Virus record (IMG/VR): IMGVR_UViG_2711768068_000024
Source: a virus
Lineage: Duplodnaviria; Heunggongvirae; Uroviricota; Caudoviricetes
Reading direction: 5' to 3' (one strand)
Length of the DNA stretch: 43,439 nt
The translations under genes were made by a program, and so were the position numbers. The notes under the pieces are model-generated. The model saw only the letters and a program-made list of their open reading frames with translations. It had not been told where the DNA came from and did no database searches. Shown piece after piece: positions 38,005 through 43,439 of this stretch. Positions within the stretch are counted from its first letter, which is position 1. Every line of letters starts with the position of its first letter.

Positions 38005-38049
38005 ATGTAGGAATTTCGGACGCGGGTTCAACTCCCGCCAGCTCCACCA
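38005..38049. repeat. attR: second copy of the 45-bp ssrA 3'-end repeat
   Basis: Identical to 1016..1060; followed by a hairpin/T-tract and then the P4-type integrase gene, i.e. the original ssrA 3' flank. Confidence 0.85.
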
Positions 38050-38085
38050 CTTTTTAGTTGTTTGAAGTTCAATGAAGTCTACTAA

Positions 38086-38117
38086 GCCCACACAGCACAA
38101 GCTCTGCGGGCTTTTTT
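38086..38117 (+). terminator. Probable displaced native ssrA terminator
   Basis: Imperfect hairpin GCCCACACAGC..GCTCTGCGGGC followed by TTTTTT. Confidence 0.4.
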
Positions 38118-38172
38118 ACGTCTATTGTCGTCCAGTGAGAATTGCTGAGAACTACGAGTTATGGCACCCTGA

Positions 38173-39444
38173 ATGGGACCCATTAAGAAGGGTCCAAAAA
38201 CCGAGGGTCCCAAAATGGCAAAAATCGCTAAGAAGCTCACTGACACTGAAATCAAAAGCACCAAGCCAGCCGATAAAGAAATCAACTTGTTTGACGGTGA
38301 TGGTCTGATTCTACGAATCGCTCCTTTGGCGAAAGGAGGCAAGAAAAATTGGTATTTCAGGTATGCAGTACCAGTGAGCAAGAAAAGAACCAAAATGAGC
38401 CTTGGGACATATCCTCACCTTACCCTTGCAAGAGCCAGAGCCTTACGTGATGAATATCTCTCCTTTCTGGCAAATGGTGTTGATCCCCAAATCCATAACA
38501 ACGATAAGGCGAAGGCATTAAAGAGTGCTACTGAGCACACTCTCCAAGCCGTAGCGCGGAAATGGTTAGATGAGAAGGTAAAGACATCAGGTATCTCACA
38601 AGACCATGCAGCAGACATCTGGCGCAGCTTAGAGAGAAATGTCTTTCCCGGTCTGGGTAATGTCCCTATCAATGAGATCCGACCTAAGCTCTTAAAACAA
38701 CACCTTGATCCTATTGAGCAACGAGGCGTATTGGAAACTCTACGCCGTATCATTTCACGTCTGAATGAAATCTTCCGGTGGGCAGCTACTGAAGAACTTA
38801 TTGAGTTCAACCCGGCTGACAACCTTGGTCAAAGATTCAGTAAACCAAAAAAGCAAAATATGCCTGCCCTTCCCCCAAGCGAATTGCCAAGGTTTATGGA
38901 ATCTTTGACGAATGCGTCAATCCGGTTGGAAACACGTATGCTAATTGAATGGCAATTGTTGACATGGGTTCGTCCGGGTGAAGCCGTTCGCGCAAGGTGG
39001 TCTGATATTGATACAACCAACAGCATTTGGAACATTCCTGCTGATTTCATGAAAATGAAAAAGCTTCACAAAGTTCCTTTGAGTAAAGAAGCTTTGCGCA
39101 TCCTTGAATTAATGAAATCAATAAGTGGGCATAGAGAATGGGTTTTCCCCAGCATAAAAGCGCCTCTTAATCATATGCATGAACAAACAGCCAACGCAGC
39201 TATCATCCGAATGGGGTTCGGAGGCGAGCTTGTAGCTCACGGTATGCGTTCTATTGCACGAACAGCGGCAGAGGAGTCTGGTAAATTCAGAGCTGAAGTT
39301 CTTGAGGCAGCGCTTGCCCACTCGAAAAAAGATGAAATTATCGCAGCATACAATCGTGCAGAATATCTGATAGAGCGACAGAGTTTGATGCAATGGTGGA
39401 GTGATTACGTTCAAGCTCAAAGATCAAATGCTCTGGTAGCCTAA
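38173..39444 (+). CDS. intA: P4-type tyrosine integrase (IntA/CP4-57 family)
   Basis: 423-aa track ORF; N-terminal KLTDTEIKSTKPADKEINLFDGDGLILRI is the P4-integrase arm-binding pattern; true start may be the Met at 38215. Confidence 0.85.
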   Translation: MGPIKKGPKTEGPKMAKIAKKLTDTEIKSTKPADKEINLFDGDGLILRIAPLAKGGKKNWYFRYAVPVSKKRTKMSLGTYPHLTLARARALRDEYLSFLANGVDPQIHNNDKAKALKSATEHTLQAVARKWLDEKVKTSGISQDHAADIWRSLERNVFPGLGNVPINEIRPKLLKQHLDPIEQRGVLETLRRIISRLNEIFRWAATEELIEFNPADNLGQRFSKPKKQNMPALPPSELPRFMESLTNASIRLETRMLIEWQLLTWVRPGEAVRARWSDIDTTNSIWNIPADFMKMKKLHKVPLSKEALRILELMKSISGHREWVFPSIKAPLNHMHEQTANAAIIRMGFGGELVAHGMRSIARTAAEESGKFRAEVLEAALAHSKKDEIIAAYNRAEYLIERQSLMQWWSDYVQAQRSNALVA

Positions 39445-39482
39445 GTATCAGAATAGCTAATATAATCCTGAAGGTAAAGAAA

Positions 39483-39899
39483 ATGGAAACCCTATTCAAA
39501 GTTTTTGAAAAATTTAGTTCCAGACCACTTTTTTTTATTTTTTTCGGACTCTCACTTTGTGAATTTTTTCAGAAACAATCTGTTCTGATGAATCCATCAG
39601 CAGATAACATCGCGAAATTATTCGCAGCCATGATATTAGTTGTTTTTTTTACTTGGGGATTTGAATGGCTAATCTTCAAGTTCAATGTAAACCTTGAACC
39701 TCATGATCAAGGCGATATTGGACCAACAATTGGAACGGCTACTTTAGCTGTATACTTAGTTTATGCCTTTCACTTTCTCAGTGAAAATCCTGAAGCATTA
39801 AATTTAAAGTTATTAACTAACTCTGGCTTTATATACAGCACAACTCTATTATTATTCTCATTAGAATGCATGAAGCTTAGAAGACTTAAACAAAAATAA
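39483..39899 (+). CDS. Small multi-pass membrane protein, unknown function
   Basis: 138-aa ORF with about four hydrophobic segments; AT-rich; convergent with the kinase/receiver operon. Confidence 0.5.
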   Translation: METLFKVFEKFSSRPLFFIFFGLSLCEFFQKQSVLMNPSADNIAKLFAAMILVVFFTWGFEWLIFKFNVNLEPHDQGDIGPTIGTATLAVYLVYAFHFLSENPEALNLKLLTNSGFIYSTTLLLFSLECMKLRRLKQK

Positions 39900-39970
39900 A
39901 CAACATCATTGTGATGATAAATATAAAATAGGCATGGCGAAAAAAAATCACCACGCCTAAAATATAATAA

Positions 39971-41737
39971 TTATGGTAGCATCATTGATACATAATCCAC
40001 ACCAATCCTTGAGCTATACTGAGACGCTATAGCCTGATATCTTTCTGCATAACCAGTTCTCAGTTGAGATTTAAGTTTGAGTCGGACAGGAACATTTTGC
40101 ACGTTGCCATCCATATTACTTAAAAACACGGCAGAAATAATATTTTTTTCTTCGCCATCAACTGTTGTTCCATGATTCAACACCACCATATAATCAACAA
40201 CAGGAAGCGTTTTATCCCCTTCGAAAATAGAGAGATATTTTCTTTGATTTTTATGCATTACATATATATATTTCGAATGTTCAGCAAATGGCAATGCTTT
40301 ACTCTGACTGGCGTTAAAAAGCTCCAGAACTTTAATGAGCCTGTGCGGACTTAATCTTACATGGTGAGGGTCGTTACCCTGAGTAGGAACCAAATCACAT
40401 GCCGCAGATACACATAAATACCATTTGTTCGACTCTGTATCAAAGAAAATAGTGCCAGTAGAAATATGACCATCTTCAAAATTCTTTGAAGACAAATTCA
40501 TATTTAAAGCATGATACATTTCGTGATAAGTATCATTATTTGATGGCAGATCCATTTTTGAAGAGCAATATTGGAGCAATGCAGCAACTCCGCTGTTAGC
40601 GTATTCATTTGAATAGCTATCAAAAACACTTTTGATAAATTCATCCAGCGTATTATTATTTTTAAGTCTTTGATAAAGCTCTTCTGATAAATTACCAAAT
40701 ACAAAGTCAATATTTCTACATCTAATATCAGGCGAGTCTGATTTTAATATCTCATTTAACCACGCAGCTTGACCGTAATGATCGTTAGCCAAATGATTTA
40801 CAAAAGATAAAGCCTCAGCTTCGATTGCATTCTGAATTTCAGATTTTATTAACTGATAATAAGATGGTTTCCATTCAATGAGAGAATCATTGAGAGTTTG
40901 CCAAATCCTATCTCCATCGTTTTCATGATCATCTTGAACCTTATGAAATAGGGAGACAAAGATATTACCACATTGAATCCATTTTACTCCGCTTTCATCA
41001 CCCCGAATGACATTGCCAGATGTGTTGCTAGAAATAATTGCATTTCTAGACACAGCATATTCTGCAATCATTTTTGCAATGAAGTTTTTATCCTTTTGAT
41101 CCTCCAACACAGCATCATCATGTATTAATCTTTTAATTCTTCTACAAGGCTTACTGTCTTTAATATAGGCTATTGTTTCATCTCTTGTGAGAGCTTTATT
41201 ACCATTATCATTTAAGTTCGGTAATACAACGTCTTCCCAATAACTTTGGACATCTTCATTATCGTAGTCAATGATCAAGCTGTTGATATCCAGAGCACCT
41301 TTGAGAGTCGATGATATCTGCATCCAAACCGTTTCTAAATTCTCTCTAGTATATATTACAATCATATTTAAATGATCGGAGTCTTTCAAATCTTGTAATA
41401 GTTTAAGTGTTTTATCAGGTGCATTATTATCAAGATGATAATCTACAATAATAAGATCTGATTTTCTAATCCGATCCACATCGAAATTAACAGAACCATT
41501 GTCAACATCACAAATCATATTTTTAGATTGAAAAAAGCTCTCAAGAGTAGCGGCTCGTTTAGATGAGTCAATTTTGTTGTAGTCTAAATCAACTTCGTTA
41601 TTCAACGCCCTGATTGATTCAGAATACGTCAGAAAATCGTCATCAATCATGACAACGGAACGAATTGCATTTTCGCAGAAAGTTTTCTGGACAAGAGAAT
41701 TATAATTTGCCACTGTCATATTAGAACTCCACTCCAT
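39971..41737 (-). CDS. Receiver (REC)-like domain fused to a large uncharacterised C-terminal domain
   Basis: N-terminal ~140 aa show receiver hallmarks (VVMIDDD, DLIIVDYHLD, MIVIYT); ~430 further aa unassigned; more likely start is the RBS-preceded ATG at 41719, 1 nt after the kinase stop. Confidence 0.65.
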   Translation of the reverse strand: MEWSSNMTVANYNSLVQKTFCENAIRSVVMIDDDFLTYSESIRALNNEVDLDYNKIDSSKRAATLESFFQSKNMICDVDNGSVNFDVDRIRKSDLIIVDYHLDNNAPDKTLKLLQDLKDSDHLNMIVIYTRENLETVWMQISSTLKGALDINSLIIDYDNEDVQSYWEDVVLPNLNDNGNKALTRDETIAYIKDSKPCRRIKRLIHDDAVLEDQKDKNFIAKMIAEYAVSRNAIISSNTSGNVIRGDESGVKWIQCGNIFVSLFHKVQDDHENDGDRIWQTLNDSLIEWKPSYYQLIKSEIQNAIEAEALSFVNHLANDHYGQAAWLNEILKSDSPDIRCRNIDFVFGNLSEELYQRLKNNNTLDEFIKSVFDSYSNEYANSGVAALLQYCSSKMDLPSNNDTYHEMYHALNMNLSSKNFEDGHISTGTIFFDTESNKWYLCVSAACDLVPTQGNDPHHVRLSPHRLIKVLELFNASQSKALPFAEHSKYIYVMHKNQRKYLSIFEGDKTLPVVDYMVVLNHGTTVDGEEKNIISAVFLSNMDGNVQNVPVRLKLKSQLRTGYAERYQAIASQYSSRIGVDYVSMMLP

Positions 41738-43439
41738 TGAACTGGATCACAAAATTAGCGCCATCTTTTATTAAATAGTTATCGCCTTCATCAGGTTCTG
41801 AATACCATATTTTATGATGTGCAACAGCAAGGTTTTCTCGACATAGATACAGACCTACCCCATGTCCATTTGCTCTTTTGCTATAAAATAGTTCAAATAG
41901 TCGCGGGATATCATCGGTATCAATTGCCGGACCAGAATTTGCTATGATAACCAAAGAATTCACAAAACCAATCTTTATGAGCCTATTATTTGACAGACTG
42001 ACCCAATACATTGCATTGTTGATAATATTAGTAAAAACAGGATAGATCCTTGATGGTATATCTGTTATTGCGATTTGCTTAAACTCTTCACTAAATTCAA
42101 TAGTTATTCGTTGCCGTTCGAAACGCTCCCCAAAGAACTTCAGGACATAATCCATGATATTTTTTCCAGTTATTCTCTGCCTGGATTGATAACCTGATAT
42201 TTTCAAAGGTGATAAGAAACGTATTTGTTGAGTAAGCGATCTGTGAGCATTTAACGCCAATGAAAAACCAGGGTGTTCTTTTACAGAAGTAGGAAGAGAG
42301 TTTAGTCCTCTGGTTACCATAGAATCCATTTCTTCAAGTTCATGAGATATTATCTCAACACTAATACCTAACTGTGCAAGCGCGTTTAAACTTTTAGCTT
42401 TTTCTTCAAAATATGAGCGTTCTTCTTCAGATAATGAGAATGCTGAATCTAAGTTTATACCTTCAAATAATCCATCGAGACCTTTTATTATTGATTGATA
42501 TTTGAAAGTTAGGGTATCAACTGACTCAACATATAAACTATCGAGCAAATTAAACACATTTTCAATTTGTGAATCATTATCTATTGAATCAACAACTGAT
42601 ATAGTTTTAGCATAATAATCACTTCGATCAACCTTTATTTCATCGGCCCATTTTTTTAAAAGAGAATGTATCTTCTCCTCTATCGTGTTATTAAACTTAG
42701 TTAGTTTAGAATTAATAATACCTTGATTTTTTTCAAGGTGATTTTTCGCTGACAATGAAGGCTCAAGTTTATTTAATTCAGAATCAAGTTTATTAATTGC
42801 TAACTTCATTTGTAGAATATACGCAGAGAACTCATTAAATTTATCTCTGTAGTCTCTATATTTCTCTTCATACATTCCAAGTTTTGGAGGTTTGATAGGC
42901 GTTTTAATTTCACTGCGCAACGCATCTAAGTTTGTAAGATCACTGTCTATAATTTTAAGATAGTTTAAATCTAACGAACCATCAGTTTTATCAAGCTTAG
43001 TTTTCAGCCTTTTAACAGCCTCCAAGGAAGCATCAAGAACTGGTGTCTGATTCTTCAAAGCTTCTGAAAAACTTTTTTGTGTTGATTTTCGAGCTTGTTG
43101 TTGAGCAGATTTTCTTAACTCTTTTTCACGCTTAACTTGTTCTAAAAGCTCTTTACGGTCATCAGAACGTGAACCAAAAAATCTATCAGCAAGTTCAGTT
43201 AACAAATTAGATATAATAGTTTTCAGTTCTCTTGCAGCCTGGTTTCTTATGAATCCCTCTCTCCCCGACTTATCTTTCAGCTCTTTATTACTGGATTGAG
43301 TAATTCCAATATAACCAAAAATCCTTCTATTAGACCAATAATATCGCCCTGCATTCCATGAACGTCTTTCTTCTATCTGGAAGAAATCATTATCTACTCG
43401 ACCATAAGGTAATACTCTCAAGCTATCCCTAAAAATCAT
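41721..43439 (-). CDS. Histidine-kinase-like protein (H-box + HATPase_c), 5' end probably outside the window
   Basis: ISHELEEMD (H-box), FTNIINNAMYW (N-box), NSGPAIDTDD and GHGVGLYL (G-boxes) in canonical order at the C-terminus; long K/E-rich N-terminal region without TM segments; ORF open to the window edge. Confidence 0.75.
   Translation of the reverse strand: MIFRDSLRVLPYGRVDNDFFQIEERRSWNAGRYYWSNRRIFGYIGITQSSNKELKDKSGREGFIRNQAARELKTIISNLLTELADRFFGSRSDDRKELLEQVKREKELRKSAQQQARKSTQKSFSEALKNQTPVLDASLEAVKRLKTKLDKTDGSLDLNYLKIIDSDLTNLDALRSEIKTPIKPPKLGMYEEKYRDYRDKFNEFSAYILQMKLAINKLDSELNKLEPSLSAKNHLEKNQGIINSKLTKFNNTIEEKIHSLLKKWADEIKVDRSDYYAKTISVVDSIDNDSQIENVFNLLDSLYVESVDTLTFKYQSIIKGLDGLFEGINLDSAFSLSEEERSYFEEKAKSLNALAQLGISVEIISHELEEMDSMVTRGLNSLPTSVKEHPGFSLALNAHRSLTQQIRFLSPLKISGYQSRQRITGKNIMDYVLKFFGERFERQRITIEFSEEFKQIAITDIPSRIYPVFTNIINNAMYWVSLSNNRLIKIGFVNSLVIIANSGPAIDTDDIPRLFELFYSKRANGHGVGLYLCRENLAVAHHKIWYSEPDEGDNYLIKDGANFVIQFNGVEF

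Larger units (their letters stand above)
1061..38049. mobile_element. P2/186-type (Fels-2-like) prophage integrated in ssrA, ~37 kb
   Basis: Bounded by the 45-bp att repeats; contains complete P2-order late, lysis, head and tail genes, replication gene A, 186-type cI/apl/cII and a tyrosine integrase next to attR. Confidence 0.9.
38050..43439. mobile_element. CP4-57-like integrative island (left end only), continues past the window
   Basis: P4-type integrase right after the ssrA-derived repeat, followed by very AT-rich cargo genes. Confidence 0.6.

Noticed and set aside
38072-38308. 78-aa plus-strand ORF just after attR
   Set aside because: It covers the terminator hairpin and overlaps the start of the P4-type integrase in another frame; most likely spurious.

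Overview
The window is an enterobacterial smpB-ssrA locus in which two mobile elements occupy the 3' end of the tmRNA gene. First comes a complete ~37-kb P2/186-type (Fels-2-like) prophage, bounded by 45-bp direct repeats of the ssrA 3' end (~1016-1060 and ~38005-38049). Its gene order runs ogr, D-U-T-E-FII-FI, an invertase-controlled tail-fibre cassette, H-I-J-W-V, S-R, spanins/endolysin/holin, X-L-M-N-O, P-Q, cos, replication gene A with Dam and a TraR-like zinc finger, then 186-type cII/apl/cI and int. Beyond the second repeat a CP4-57-like island begins with a P4-type integrase. The AT-rich cargo loci are the main interest: (1) a histidine-kinase / receiver-effector gene pair next to the island integrase; (2) a split HipA-like kinase plus a HipA-N-like/HIRAN fusion between the portal gene and cos; (3) a single gene between tail genes S and V with a possible nuclease-type motif and a C-terminal zinc ribbon; (4) a divergent 322-aa gene at the tin/old-equivalent position; (5) a membrane protein between int and attR; (6) a small BRCT-domain protein at the attL end. 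The tail-fibre region also carries a perfect 1276-bp inverted duplication (second invertase copy plus a 5' sheath fragment) that looks like either a misassembly of an actively inverting segment or a real inversion-duplication. All domain calls are by-eye motif recognition with no searches run. CDS coordinates follow the supplied ORF track; non-CDS coordinates are hand-indexed and may be off by 1-2 nt.
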